In this document: positions 8,905 to 18,922 of the stretch, piece after piece
Position numbering within the stretch: the first letter of the stretch is position 1
Layout of the letters: each line of letters starts with the position of its first letter
DNA from: an uncultured Gammaproteobacteria bacterium
GTDB taxonomy: Bacteria; Patescibacteriota; Microgenomatia; 2-02-FULL-39-11
Length of the DNA: 62,105 bases
Direction of reading: 5' to 3'
Assembly (NCBI GenBank): GCA_964520615.1
Contig: CAZFNL010000120.1
Coordinates: 1-62,105, forward strand
Translations under genes and position numbers: made by a program
Notes under the pieces: generated by a model
Told to the model about the DNA's origin: nothing
The model's database searches: none
Seen by the model: the letters and a program-made list of their open reading frames with translations, nothing else

Positions 8905-9558
8905 ATGATAAAGAAAAACCTGCTCACAAAATTCTATTATTATATTTTCGGAACTACATCTGCTCTCGGACTTCTTCTCCTGTATTACAGGATACTTCTT
9001 ATAAACTCCGATCTTCACAGTCTATACGTACATAATTCGCTAACATACTTTGTCTCATATATTGTACTGACATTTGGCACAGCTATACTTTTCGGCATAA
9101 GTGTCTCCCTTTTCCTTTATCATTACAGGAAATACGGTATTGCCGATCTCTTTCATACATCAGGAGGCGGTGTCGGAGCTCTCATTGGCATCTTTGCCTC
9201 GTCTTGTCCGGTCTGCGGTTCTACCATCCTTTCAGGTCTTGGAGTAATCGGAGGATTATCCTCATTGCCGTTTCAGGGGCTTGAGATAAAAACACTTTCG
9301 TTTGGACTCATACTTTTTTCTGTAATTCTGGCGATTAGAAATCTGAAAAACAGAAATTGCCATAAAGATATCTGCCCGAAGATATTGAATGATTCGCTAA
9401 AAAAGGAGGAAAGAAAATGGGTAGGTTTAGCGCTAGCAACATTGATGATTTTTATTTTTGCCGGGTGGCAGATGCTCAGACAAGACCCATTTTTCGCTTC
9501 CCAAGGAAAAGCGCCAAACTCAAGCGACTACAGCTGTAATAACAGCAAGAAAATCTGA
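8905..9558 (+). CDS. Hypothetical membrane protein with CPVC motif
   Basis: Several TM segments; ASSCPVCG. Confidence 0.6.
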   Translation: MIKKNLLTKFYYYIFGTTSALGLLLLYYRILLINSDLHSLYVHNSLTYFVSYIVLTFGTAILFGISVSLFLYHYRKYGIADLFHTSGGGVGALIGIFASSCPVCGSTILSGLGVIGGLSSLPFQGLEIKTLSFGLILFSVILAIRNLKNRNCHKDICPKILNDSLKKEERKWVGLALATLMIFIFAGWQMLRQDPFFASQGKAPNSSDYSCNNSKKI

Positions 9559-9568
9559 CAAAATATTC

Positions 9569-10774
9569 TTATCTGTATTTTAAGTACTCTACACTTCTAT
9601 ACCTTGTAAATCCCAAAAGTAATAAGCTTGAAACTGCTGCAATTGCACTGGCAAAGAAAAAGGGCATTGAGGGATTAAATTTATCCCAAAGGAATCCAGC
9701 GATAAGACTGGCAGGTAAAGTCGCTGCTCCAATAACCGCGTTATATATTCCATATGCTTTACCACGATGCTCGGGTGAAGTCATGTCAGCTACAAAGGCT
9801 TTTGCTACACCCTCTGTAGTAGCATAGTAAACTCCGTAAAAGGCAAAAAGAAACCATATCTGATAACTTTTATCTGCTAGTGCAAAACCTAAATAAGCAA
9901 GGGCATAAGCCAACCATCCCAAAAAAATTACCTTTTCCCTGCCGATTTTATCAGACAGACTACCCAAAGGTATTGATGCGGTGGCATAGAAAAAATTGAA
10001 AAGAGCATAAACCAATGGAATTCCTAAAAGCGTCACGCCAACATTCTGAGCACGCAGTATAAGAAAAGTATCTGAAGAATTTCCCAAAGAAAATAAGACC
10101 ACGATAAAAAGAAAAATATAAAAGTCTTGAGAAAGATTGTGAGGCCTATCGTCATGTTTAATTTCTGCAGACAGATGTTTTTCCTTAACAAAAAAAACAA
10201 GTATAAGAAGGGTTATAAAAAGGGGAACTGCTGAAAAGAAAAATATATAATGATATTTCAATTGATTGCTACTCAAAAGATAAAGCATGACAAAAAGTAA
10301 TATCGGCCCTATTACAGAACCGAATGTATCAAGAGCCCTCACTATTCCAAAACCCTTGCCTCTTGTTTCAACTTTTGCAGACTCGGCGATAAGAGCGTCT
10401 TTTGGAGTATCTTTCATCCCTTTCCCAACTCCATCAATAAAACGCAGTCCCAATACACCAATACCGGATGTCAATATAGAAAGAAGTGGCCTACTAATCA
10501 ATGAAAGGAAATACCCTGTAAAGACAAGAGATTTCTTTACTCTGAATTTATCCGTCAGGTAACCAGCGACTATTTTGAATATACTGGCACTACTTGTAAC
10601 TAAACCTTCAATAAGTCCTATAAATTCTTTATTAAAATGGAGAATATTTGCAAGGTAAAGAGGAAGAATCGGTAGGAAAATATCCTGGCTTATACCGCCG
10701 AAAAAGCTTAACATTCCTATAAAAAAGACGTTATTATCTATTCTTTTAGAAGTCTTCCTATATTCCTGTGCCAT
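9569..10774 (-). CDS. MFS transporter
   Basis: About 12 hydrophobic segments; GYLTDKF, RFIDGVGKG, GSLSDKIGR. Confidence 0.92.
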   Translation of the reverse strand: MAQEYRKTSKRIDNNVFFIGMLSFFGGISQDIFLPILPLYLANILHFNKEFIGLIEGLVTSSASIFKIVAGYLTDKFRVKKSLVFTGYFLSLISRPLLSILTSGIGVLGLRFIDGVGKGMKDTPKDALIAESAKVETRGKGFGIVRALDTFGSVIGPILLFVMLYLLSSNQLKYHYIFFFSAVPLFITLLILVFFVKEKHLSAEIKHDDRPHNLSQDFYIFLFIVVLFSLGNSSDTFLILRAQNVGVTLLGIPLVYALFNFFYATASIPLGSLSDKIGREKVIFLGWLAYALAYLGFALADKSYQIWFLFAFYGVYYATTEGVAKAFVADMTSPEHRGKAYGIYNAVIGAATLPASLIAGFLWDKFNPSMPFFFASAIAAVSSLLLLGFTRYRSVEYLKYR

Positions 10775-10892
10775 ATTGTTTCCAAACCTTAAAAACTTAT
10801 TACTTTTGAAATCATATCATTGTCAAAGTAAAAAATGTATACCATTAAAATTCCCTATTGAAAAGGAAAAAATGATATATAATAATTGAGCT

Positions 10893-11330
10893 ATGGCCAA
10901 ACAAACAAAGCCGGATAAAAGCGGTAGAATTTCGGCCGTATATTTCGTAAGCTATATACTCATTGGAATTATCATATCTTTTATATATAGTGTAATAGTA
11001 GTCTACCTCCTTAATCCGTCAGTATATAGATTAATTCCACTCCTTGGAAGAGCTGACCAAGTAATTTTCCCCCTAGTCATTGTCCTTCTTGATACCTTTA
11101 TTGCGTCAAAAATGATAAAAAGCAAATACGAAATAGAAAAACCTGACAGGGTAGCATTATTATCAACTATATATGTTCTTGTCTTCAGCCTTATTTTTAT
11201 GCTGCCGATGTTAACGCAGAAAATTAGCGGTATCCCCAATACCAGGAACCTATTGCCTACTCTTATATCCTCAGCCTTGGAAATTCTGCTTTTTTATTTC
11301 TTCAGCTCCTTATTCTTAAGAAAGAAATAG
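10893..11330 (+). CDS. Hypothetical membrane protein
   Basis: 145-aa ORF with about 4 TM segments. Confidence 0.6.
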   Translation: MAKQTKPDKSGRISAVYFVSYILIGIIISFIYSVIVVYLLNPSVYRLIPLLGRADQVIFPLVIVLLDTFIASKMIKSKYEIEKPDRVALLSTIYVLVFSLIFMLPMLTQKISGIPNTRNLLPTLISSALEILLFYFFSSLFLRKK

Positions 11331-11463
11331 TGAAGCGCTCCCCGAGCTTACGCTCGGGGCATCAGCCCGATCGGCCATTCGCAGCGCGAAACCCCGCACC
11401 GAATGCCCGCTAGAAGACCATTCATCCCACGGGTTGACACCCGGGGCATTCTGGTGCGGGGGT
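11331..11463. repeat. GC-rich multi-hairpin REP/PATE-like element
   Basis: CCCCGAGC-ttac-GCTCGGGG 11340-11359; long stem 11392-11408 with 11444-11461; inner hairpin 11430-11443. Confidence 0.7.
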
Positions 11464-11640
11464 AAAACAGATTATCTATTTTCTTTATCCTTAGAATTTA
11501 TTTCAAAATGTTATTTTAAGTCTATATTAGAGCTTTCTTTCAGGCTTAATTTGCAGGTTTTGGAACCAGTTCTAGACTTTACAGAGAAAAAAATCGTTTC
11601 TATAATGTAATCGTTGTTTAATAATAACAAGTAATCTTTG

Positions 11641-13065
11641 ATGAACTCAGACGTAATAGACAAAAATCAGGACGCCTCGCTTTTTGATTTCAATCTAGCA
11701 GACCACCTATTTCCCTCAAGAAGACTAATTGACTACAGTAGATATGTTTCCTCTCAGACAATAGCAAAAATACAGAAAGAAGCCGAAAGTCTGAAATACA
11801 AGACTATTATCAGATTTAATTCCACTCCTTTTGGTGGAGGTGTAGCTGAGCTTATACCTTATTTTGCTGCACTTATGAATGACCTAGGCATAGAGACCCA
11901 CTGGATGACTATGTCTTCTCCTTATGGGAATCAAAAAGGCTATAATCCTCCTCCGGAATTTTTTGGTATTACTACAGGTCTTCATTACTCACTACAAGAC
12001 TCCGGTAAAATGTGGCTCGTGTATGAAAAAAGGGACAGTACGATACACCCCAGGCTAGTTACCGAACATGACAAAGAATTGTATCTTAATATAAATTCAA
12101 CATTCGGAAAAATGCTCCGGGAATTCCAAATAAATACTCAAAAAAGCTGCATGTTTATCGCTGATGACCCGCAATGCGCAGCTGTAATTGAATCGGCAAG
12201 ACAAGATAAACAGAAATGGTTTTGGCGCTTCCATCCATATGGTGATCCTGCTTCAACCTCATGGAAATTTATTGAGCCTTATATATTGAAACATGATGCA
12301 TTGGTTTGCACTATACCCCAATATCTCCCTTCTGATTTCAAAAATAAGATAAAATATGAAACTAACTATCCTTTTGTTGACCCTTTCCATAAAAAACTAC
12401 AACCATTATCAAAAGATGAAGCGGATAAAATACTTTCTGAATTCGGCGTAGATCCCCAAAAGCCCATACTTGTTCAGGTTTCACGCTTTGATCCTGACAA
12501 AAATCCTTTGGGAGTACTTGAGGTTTTCAGGATACTTCGCCGAAAGTATGTCGGATTACAACTTATCTACACAGGACCGATAACCAACGATAACCCTGTT
12601 TCTTCTATGATACTAAAACAGATACAGTTAAAAGCGGATCAGATGGGATTTTCCGAAAATAAGGACTACTTCCTCCTACATACCCAAACGGCTCACCCCA
12701 GACCGTTTCACTACCATGAGTTGGCAGCAGTTTGGCAGGCAACAAATACATATATTATCCAACTATCCACGCTGGAAGGTTTTGGCATGATGGTTGCTGA
12801 AGCTTCATGGTGCGGCAAACCCGTGGTAGCCTCAAACATTGGCGGTATTATTCCACAAATACAGCATGGAAAAACTGGCTTTCTAGTATCACCCAGAAAT
12901 TATGAAGAAGCAGCATTAAATGTCGCCAAACTTATTGACGATCATCAAATGGAAAGAAATATGGGTATTGCTGCGCATAATTTTATCAAAGATAATTTCC
13001 TTATCACTTCCAACATTTTTAGGTGGTTGAAACTGATGAACTATTATAATCTTAATCAGGATTAA
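11641..13065 (+). CDS. GT4 glycosyltransferase, trehalose synthase (TreT)-like
   Basis: NSTPFGGGVAELI, QVSRFDPDKNPLGV, EGFGMMVAEASWCGKPVVASNIGGI. Confidence 0.75.
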   Translation: MNSDVIDKNQDASLFDFNLADHLFPSRRLIDYSRYVSSQTIAKIQKEAESLKYKTIIRFNSTPFGGGVAELIPYFAALMNDLGIETHWMTMSSPYGNQKGYNPPPEFFGITTGLHYSLQDSGKMWLVYEKRDSTIHPRLVTEHDKELYLNINSTFGKMLREFQINTQKSCMFIADDPQCAAVIESARQDKQKWFWRFHPYGDPASTSWKFIEPYILKHDALVCTIPQYLPSDFKNKIKYETNYPFVDPFHKKLQPLSKDEADKILSEFGVDPQKPILVQVSRFDPDKNPLGVLEVFRILRRKYVGLQLIYTGPITNDNPVSSMILKQIQLKADQMGFSENKDYFLLHTQTAHPRPFHYHELAAVWQATNTYIIQLSTLEGFGMMVAEASWCGKPVVASNIGGIIPQIQHGKTGFLVSPRNYEEAALNVAKLIDDHQMERNMGIAAHNFIKDNFLITSNIFRWLKLMNYYNLNQD

Positions 13066-13094
13066 ATTATTTAAATTTATAAGAAAGGGTAGTC

Positions 13095-13415
13095 ATGAAA
13101 TATATATTTATTTTTGCAATTATTGTTCTAATCGGAATATTCGGATTTGTTGCTCTGGACGGAACAAAAACACCAGTTAATAACCAAAACAACGCTGCGC
13201 AAATTACAAATGTGGAGGTAAAACTTGCTGGCACCCTGCAAAAAGTACCTCAATCCAATAACGACTATTCGCACATATTGGTAAATAATAACGAAATTAC
13301 CGGGATAGCCTCAAACAATATTGATCTGGACAAATATGTAGGGCAAAAAGTAGAAATATCAGGACAATATTCAGGAACTACACTTTATACAGACAAGATT
13401 ACTCAAACGCACTAA
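13095..13415 (+). CDS. Hypothetical exported OB-fold-like protein
   Basis: N-term TM; LDKYVGQKVEISG. Confidence 0.6.
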   Translation: MKYIFIFAIIVLIGIFGFVALDGTKTPVNNQNNAAQITNVEVKLAGTLQKVPQSNNDYSHILVNNNEITGIASNNIDLDKYVGQKVEISGQYSGTTLYTDKITQTH

Positions 13416-13503
13416 ATAAAATGACTATAAATCTTGTTATCTCTTGACAAAAAATTTAGTCCAACTTATGCTGGATTTAAGGAGGTTAAAACCAAAAAAT
13501 TTT

Positions 13504-13653
13504 ATGAAAAAGTCAAAAAGAGTCTCCAGGCAAACGGCAAAAAGATCAGCTCAAGACCCTATGAAAAGCCCGATCATACAGACGGGTATTGTATTTTTTC
13601 TGGTCACTGCAGCTGCACTTTTGATTTACGTGTTTAAGTTCTATACGCCGTAA
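13504..13653 (+). CDS. Small basic protein with C-terminal TM helix
   Basis: MKKSKRVSRQ...IVFFLVTAAALLIY; start uncertain. Confidence 0.45.
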   Translation: MKKSKRVSRQTAKRSAQDPMKSPIIQTGIVFFLVTAAALLIYVFKFYTP

Positions 13654-13724
13654 TTTCTACTAAAATATCCGCATTAAATTGAAGGTAAAAGAAGGTTTTG
13701 TGGTGGCAATCTTTTACAGATTAA

Positions 13725-14195
13725 ATGACTACTTCCGACATAAAAAAAGAGGAAAACGTAATCATATCGGCGCAAAAGGAAACGCAAACGAAAAATATCA
13801 GCGGATCTCCCGGCCAACCTGACACAAAACCATTGGTTAATTCACCGGCTGTGGCTGATACTCCAAACTGCCCATTTTGCCATCTCCCTCGTCAGCCAAA
13901 CTATTTCTTTTGCCCAAACTGCGGCAGTAAACTGAAGCAGATACCACTGTCTGTATCAATAGGAAAACAAATTAGCATATACCTTATAAGTATTTTCCTG
14001 CCGCCGCTTGGGTATATATGGGGTTACAGATACCTGCGGCAGGAAAGCGCAACTGCCAAAAAAATAGGACTTCTCGCAATTGTCCTGACAACACTGTCAA
14101 TTGTTTTATCCCTTTGGGCTACAAAAGGACTAATTGATACAATCAATCAGACTCTCAATAAACAAATGGCGCCATACCAGAATCTCGGCTACTAA
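13725..14195 (+). CDS. Zinc-ribbon membrane protein
   Basis: CPFC..CPNCG plus two TM segments. Confidence 0.75.
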   Translation: MTTSDIKKEENVIISAQKETQTKNISGSPGQPDTKPLVNSPAVADTPNCPFCHLPRQPNYFFCPNCGSKLKQIPLSVSIGKQISIYLISIFLPPLGYIWGYRYLRQESATAKKIGLLAIVLTTLSIVLSLWATKGLIDTINQTLNKQMAPYQNLGY

Positions 14196-14260
14196 ATTCA
14201 TTTTAAAGATATATTCCGCTTTCACCCATTATCTTTATACAGAAGATTTATAATGATAGA

Positions 14261-15007
14261 TCAGATTTCTATTTTGGAAAAGAGATAGCTTCCCAACACT
14301 AGAAGAGCAAATGTAATAACTGAAAGAATAAAAAGATCAACAGTAAATCCGAAATGAGTTACTCCGGTCAGTGAATCTCTCAATCCGTCAACCCCGTATG
14401 AAAGCGGATCAAGCATCACAATTGCTGATAAGACCGCCGGCAGTCCTTCAAGCGGAAAAAGCGCTCCTGAGAGGAAAAACAGAGGCATAATAAGAAAATT
14501 CATTATAAGTTGAAACCCTTGCATATCCTCAAGCTTGGAAGCAATGGCGGTTCCCAGAGCGGTAAAAAGCACTGATATAAAAAACATGAAAATGAACGCC
14601 GTTAAAAGTGCTGCGAGTCCCGGTACTCTGAAACCCGCAAAAAGTGAAATAACAAAGATTATTACTCCCTGAAAAATAGCAACGGTTGCTCCTCCCAATG
14701 TCCTTCCCACCATTATCTCCAAACGTGATACGGGCGCGACAAGTGTTTCTTTTAGAAATCCGAATTGCCTGTCCCATATGATTTCTATTCCGGAAAAAAT
14801 TGAGGTAAACAAAATTCCCATAGCGATAATTCCGGGAACCAGAAATTGTATATAACTCCCCTGCCCGGCCCGTTTGAAAACCGGTCCCAATCCAAACCCC
14901 AAGGCTACCAGAAAGAGTATCGGCTGTCCGAGTGATCCGACTATCCTGGAATGCGACCTGAAATATCTTTTAATTTGCCTCAACCAAAGTATGTATATTG
15001 TGCTCAT
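14261..15007 (-). CDS. ABC-2 type exporter permease (DrrB-like)
   Basis: Six TM segments, DRQFGFLKETLVAPVSR; start MSTI at 15007. Confidence 0.9.
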   Translation of the reverse strand: MSTIYILWLRQIKRYFRSHSRIVGSLGQPILFLVALGFGLGPVFKRAGQGSYIQFLVPGIIAMGILFTSIFSGIEIIWDRQFGFLKETLVAPVSRLEIMVGRTLGGATVAIFQGVIIFVISLFAGFRVPGLAALLTAFIFMFFISVLFTALGTAIASKLEDMQGFQLIMNFLIMPLFFLSGALFPLEGLPAVLSAIVMLDPLSYGVDGLRDSLTGVTHFGFTVDLFILSVITFALLVLGSYLFSKIEI

Positions 15008-15011
15008 ATTT

Positions 15012-15821
15012 TTACCTCCCCCTTCTCCACATGGCACGGTGTTGGCGCATACGGTCAGTACCGGTTGCTTCTTCATCTCTTATTCCATGCCCGGTCAGGG
15101 ATAAAAATGCATCCTCAAGAGTCTCTTTTTTTGTTTTTTTCTTCAGCTCATCAGGCGTCCCCTGAGCCACAATCTTTCCGTGATCCATAATAGCAACTCT
15201 TTTGGCTACCTTTTCCGCCTCTTCGATATAATGTGTGGTAAAAAAGACGGTTATTTCCTCTTTTTTATTCAGATTCTGAACATATTCCCACATATGATTT
15301 CTCGTCTGCGGGTCAAGTCCTTGTGTCGGTTCATCCAGAAAAAAAATCTTGGGGTGATGAAGAAGTCCCCTGGCAATCTCAAGTCTTCTTTTCATCCCTC
15401 CTGAAAATGTTTTGACAAGATTATCTCGTCTTTCCCAGAGCTCTACAAACTTCATCAGCTCTTCAATTCTGGAATTCATCAGATTTCCGGGAACTTTATA
15501 AAGTACTCCGTGAAATTCCAGATTTTCCTTTGCCGTCAGGTCATCATCAAGACTAGGATCCTGAAACACTATGCCAAAAGATCTTCTTGCTTCATTTTTA
15601 TCAATCATCGGATTATAACCGTTGAGACTGATTTTTCCTTCTGTAGGAAAAAGAAGAGTAGTAAGCATCTTTATGGTAGTTGTTTTTCCTGCACCATTCG
15701 GACCTAGAAAGGCAAAAATATCCCCTCTTTCAACATTAAAAGAAATACCGTCAACGGCTGTAAAACCGCTAAATCTTTTGGTCAAATTTTTTACTTCAAT
15801 AATATGGTTATTATTACCCAT
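15012..15821 (-). CDS. ABC exporter ATP-binding protein (DrrA-like)
   Basis: GPNGAGKT, FSGGMKRR, LDEPT. Confidence 0.93.
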   Translation of the reverse strand: MGNNNHIIEVKNLTKRFSGFTAVDGISFNVERGDIFAFLGPNGAGKTTTIKMLTTLLFPTEGKISLNGYNPMIDKNEARRSFGIVFQDPSLDDDLTAKENLEFHGVLYKVPGNLMNSRIEELMKFVELWERRDNLVKTFSGGMKRRLEIARGLLHHPKIFFLDEPTQGLDPQTRNHMWEYVQNLNKKEEITVFFTTHYIEEAEKVAKRVAIMDHGKIVAQGTPDELKKKTKKETLEDAFLSLTGHGIRDEEATGTDRMRQHRAMWRRGR

Positions 15822-15852
15822 AAATTCTGTTTCCTAGCCCTAGAAATACAAA

Positions 15853-15871
15853 CTCTAACCTAAAGTTAGAG
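15853..15871. promoter_or_regulatory. Palindrome upstream of ABC exporter, MerR-type operator candidate
   Basis: CTCTAAC-ctaaa-GTTAGAG. Confidence 0.35.
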
Positions 15872-16053
15872 GTAAATAAAAAATCCTCGCGTTCTATGTT
15901 ATAGAATAATCTTATTATACTCCGATAAAGGACTTCTCCCTATTCTAATTCTGATTGTTTAATAAAATATAGTTTAACTCTCAGGTATAAGGCAGATATC
16001 ATACCTTATACCCTATGAGTTTTATGAGTCAAATTATAGACATCTCTCACAAA

Positions 16054-16509
16054 TCACGTTCCTGAAGGCCGAGGGCCGGCACCCGCGCCTGCTCCGAAAC
16101 GGAAATTGGCCGGATTCAACTGTACATCCTGAGCGGTAACGCTTCCGTCTGAATTAGACGTACCAAATGCCATTACCTCATCTCCACTTTTTATGTCGGA
16201 TGTTTTGGCGGATTGTGACTGACTTATGTTTGTGCTGTTTGAGAGAATAACGATTTTGCTGCTTCCATCATTCATCTGTACGGTCATACTACCATTCCCG
16301 ACACTTGTTACTTTACCTCTAACAGCAAGATTATTTGAGTTTGCTCCGTTTCCGCCGAATCTTTGTCTTAATTGTCCGCCGTTTGCACCTCCCGTTCCTC
16401 CAAGACCGAAAGCTGTACTTCTTCTTGATCCTGCATACATGGTTCCTCCATAAAACGAGGCTGCTGCAACAACTACAACCAAAATTGCTATGATTATTTT
16501 GTTATTCAT
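16054..16509 (-). CDS. Exported DUF5666-like protein
   Basis: N-term TM, Gly-rich linker, VRGKVTSV...DIKSGDEVMAFG. Confidence 0.7.
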   Translation of the reverse strand: MNNKIIIAILVVVVAAASFYGGTMYAGSRRSTAFGLGGTGGANGGQLRQRFGGNGANSNNLAVRGKVTSVGNGSMTVQMNDGSSKIVILSNSTNISQSQSAKTSDIKSGDEVMAFGTSNSDGSVTAQDVQLNPANFRFGAGAGAGPRPSGT

Positions 16510-17576
16510 TTATTTTCACCCCCTTTCAGATATTTATCAAAAAAATCAAGCGAATGCTGCATTGCTATGGAAAAAGATGGGCCGGAAATATTGTGATCGG
16601 CTCCGGAATAAGTATAAAACTCTACTGTTTTGCCCAATTTCTTCAAATCATCATACAGACTTCGGGAAAACTCAGGAGGAACATCTTCATCGGCCAACCC
16701 TTGGTCAAGCTGCAGAGGACCTGAAATATCGGATAAGTAATATCTTGGGTCTATACTGTGCCAAAATGAAGGGTTTTGTTGAAATGTGCCGTATTTAACC
16801 GCCAAATTTTGTCTTATTGATGTCACATGGGCTGCTATTTCTTTTTCAGATGGAGCCCAAGATGTCATCCTATGCCAATGGTTCATCAATTGATCATAAG
16901 TCCCCACTACGCCGCCCCAAATCACTCCTACTTTTATATCTCTGGATACCACCATCGCCCGAAGCGCAATATTTCCTCCCATTGAGTGTCCCCACATGCC
17001 AATTCTGTTAGAGTCAACTTCACTATACTTTTTGACCGAAGATAATGCGTTTAATACATCTACTGTATACGCAGGTGAATAGTAGGCTCCTTCTGGTTTT
17101 CCTTGGGAACTACCGTTACCCCTATAATCAGGCTTGAAGACTACATAACCGTTTCTGGCAAACTCATCCACATAAGCGACGTATCTTTCTGTGGTTCTAT
17201 ACTGCTCGGGAGGAATATAGCCATGGTTAAAAATGATTGCCGGCCAACCTGTTTTGGGCATTTGTCCGTCCGGTACAGTTAATAAAGCGTATATTTTCAA
17301 TCCGTCGGACATGTAAGAAGCAATATACTGTTTGTAGTTGCTGCCCTGAGCCAAAGTTTCTTCAATCTTTATGTTGCTACCCGGATAACTTCTCTGCCTC
17401 ATTGCAGCAATTGTTAAGGGATTCAGGTTAACTTGAGCCGTAGTTGTTGGTGTCGGAACCGGTTTTCCGGTCAAAATACTCTGTGTTTTAACCATTCGAT
17501 GGCTGAACAAACCGTAACCTACCAGTAAAACAAGTATTAATCCCGTAAAAATTATCAATTTCGTATTCAGTTTCAT
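16506..17576 (-). CDS. Alpha/beta hydrolase, peptidase S9-like
   Basis: HGY, GHSMGG nucleophile elbow, D and ADHN catalytic motifs. Confidence 0.85.
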   Translation of the reverse strand: MKLNTKLIIFTGLILVLLVGYGLFSHRMVKTQSILTGKPVPTPTTTAQVNLNPLTIAAMRQRSYPGSNIKIEETLAQGSNYKQYIASYMSDGLKIYALLTVPDGQMPKTGWPAIIFNHGYIPPEQYRTTERYVAYVDEFARNGYVVFKPDYRGNGSSQGKPEGAYYSPAYTVDVLNALSSVKKYSEVDSNRIGMWGHSMGGNIALRAMVVSRDIKVGVIWGGVVGTYDQLMNHWHRMTSWAPSEKEIAAHVTSIRQNLAVKYGTFQQNPSFWHSIDPRYYLSDISGPLQLDQGLADEDVPPEFSRSLYDDLKKLGKTVEFYTYSGADHNISGPSFSIAMQHSLDFFDKYLKGGENK

Positions 17577-17618
17577 ATATTTCAGGTAGAATTGAACCTT
17601 TGAACTCAGATAAAAAGA

Positions 17619-17669
17619 TTACTCATGTCTCAAAGCTTCAATCGGGGATAAATCAGCGGCTTTCCCGGC
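17619..17669 (-). pseudogene. Recoded duplicate of the ABC permease C-terminus (AGKAADLSPIEALRHE*)
   Basis: Aligns to 17695-17745 (ARKAADLSPIEALRYE*), offset 76. Confidence 0.88.
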
Positions 17670-17694
17670 ACGTATTCCCGTAATATTTCTCCTG

Positions 17695-18918
17695 TTATTC
17701 ATATCGTAACGCTTCTATCGGAGATAAATCTGCCGCCTTACGTGCTGGATAAAGTCCGAATACTATTCCTATACCCGCCGATACACCTATTGCCAAAATT
17801 ATAGCCGATAGGGATAGGGTAAACGGCAGGCTTATAAAATGAGAAATTACAAATGACAACCCCGCACCCAAAAACATCCCTATTACGCCTCCGACAAAGG
17901 TTAGAATAATAGACTCAGCAAGAAATTGGGAAATAACCGTCCTCTTCTTGGCTCCTAGGGCTTTTCTCAAACCTATTTCCCTTGTCCTTTCTGTTACTGT
18001 CACAAGCATGATATTCATAATTCCGATTCCCCCGACAAGAAGAGATATGGCGGCAATTCCGGAAAGAAGCGCGCTGAAAGTACCTGTCACCTGGGATGCA
18101 GCTCCCAATATGTCAGCCTGGGAAAATATGCTGAAATCTGCCTGTGCGGGATCTTTTATCTTATGTCTGGTCAGAAGAAAATAGCCTACTTGGTTTTCCG
18201 CCTGTGTCATAACGTCCGTACTCTTGGCGGAAACGGAAATATTACTCACATAATCCACTCCGTATAACTGATGTTGTGCGGTGGTAAGAGGAACATAAAC
18301 AATATCATCCTGATTGGCAAATCCCGATCCGCCCTTGGAGACTGTTACGCCAACCACTCTGAAAGCCTGCTTGTTTATTCTTATGGACTGTCCGACCGGA
18401 TCTGCTCCGTCACCGAAAAGATCACTTACTACCTGCGGACCCAAAACGGCTACTTTCTCCTCACTGTCTACATTATTCTGGCTTATAAATGCGCCTGAAG
18501 ACATTGTAATGTTGCGTACGGCAGCATATGCCGGAGTAACCCCGGCTATCTGTGTATTCGTATTGTTTCTGCCCGCTGTTACCTGTCCTCTCCTTGTCAG
18601 TTCAGCCGACACGTTACTTACCGTTGTCACATCAGGTGATGATAAAATAGCTTTTGCGTCATCATAAGTAAGTGAAGTGTCCCCTCCGGCTGCCCCCCTG
18701 ACCCCGCCGGTTGTTGAAGCACCCGGTATAACAGTCAGAAGATTGGATCCCAAAGATTCAATCTGCGACTGCACCGCTTTTTGTCCGGCCTGGCCCAAGG
18801 AAATGAGCGCAATAACGGCCCCGATACCAATTACAATACCGAGAGTTGCCAGGGCTGTACGCATTTTATTCAAAGTCAGAGCATTTATACTTTCGGCGAG
18901 AAGTTCTCCAAAATCCAT
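17695..18918 (-). CDS. MacB/FtsX-like ABC permease
   Basis: GIVIGIGAV, GGIGIMNIMLVTVTERTREIGLRKALGA, PIEALRYE. Confidence 0.93.
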   Translation of the reverse strand: MDFGELLAESINALTLNKMRTALATLGIVIGIGAVIALISLGQAGQKAVQSQIESLGSNLLTVIPGASTTGGVRGAAGGDTSLTYDDAKAILSSPDVTTVSNVSAELTRRGQVTAGRNNTNTQIAGVTPAYAAVRNITMSSGAFISQNNVDSEEKVAVLGPQVVSDLFGDGADPVGQSIRINKQAFRVVGVTVSKGGSGFANQDDIVYVPLTTAQHQLYGVDYVSNISVSAKSTDVMTQAENQVGYFLLTRHKIKDPAQADFSIFSQADILGAASQVTGTFSALLSGIAAISLLVGGIGIMNIMLVTVTERTREIGLRKALGAKKRTVISQFLAESIILTFVGGVIGMFLGAGLSFVISHFISLPFTLSLSAIILAIGVSAGIGIVFGLYPARKAADLSPIEALRYE

Positions 18919-18922
18919 ATTT

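Noticed and set aside
16014-16030. TATGAGT direct repeat
   Set aside because: Two copies with 9-nt period, unlike the 11-bp boxes; no supporting context.
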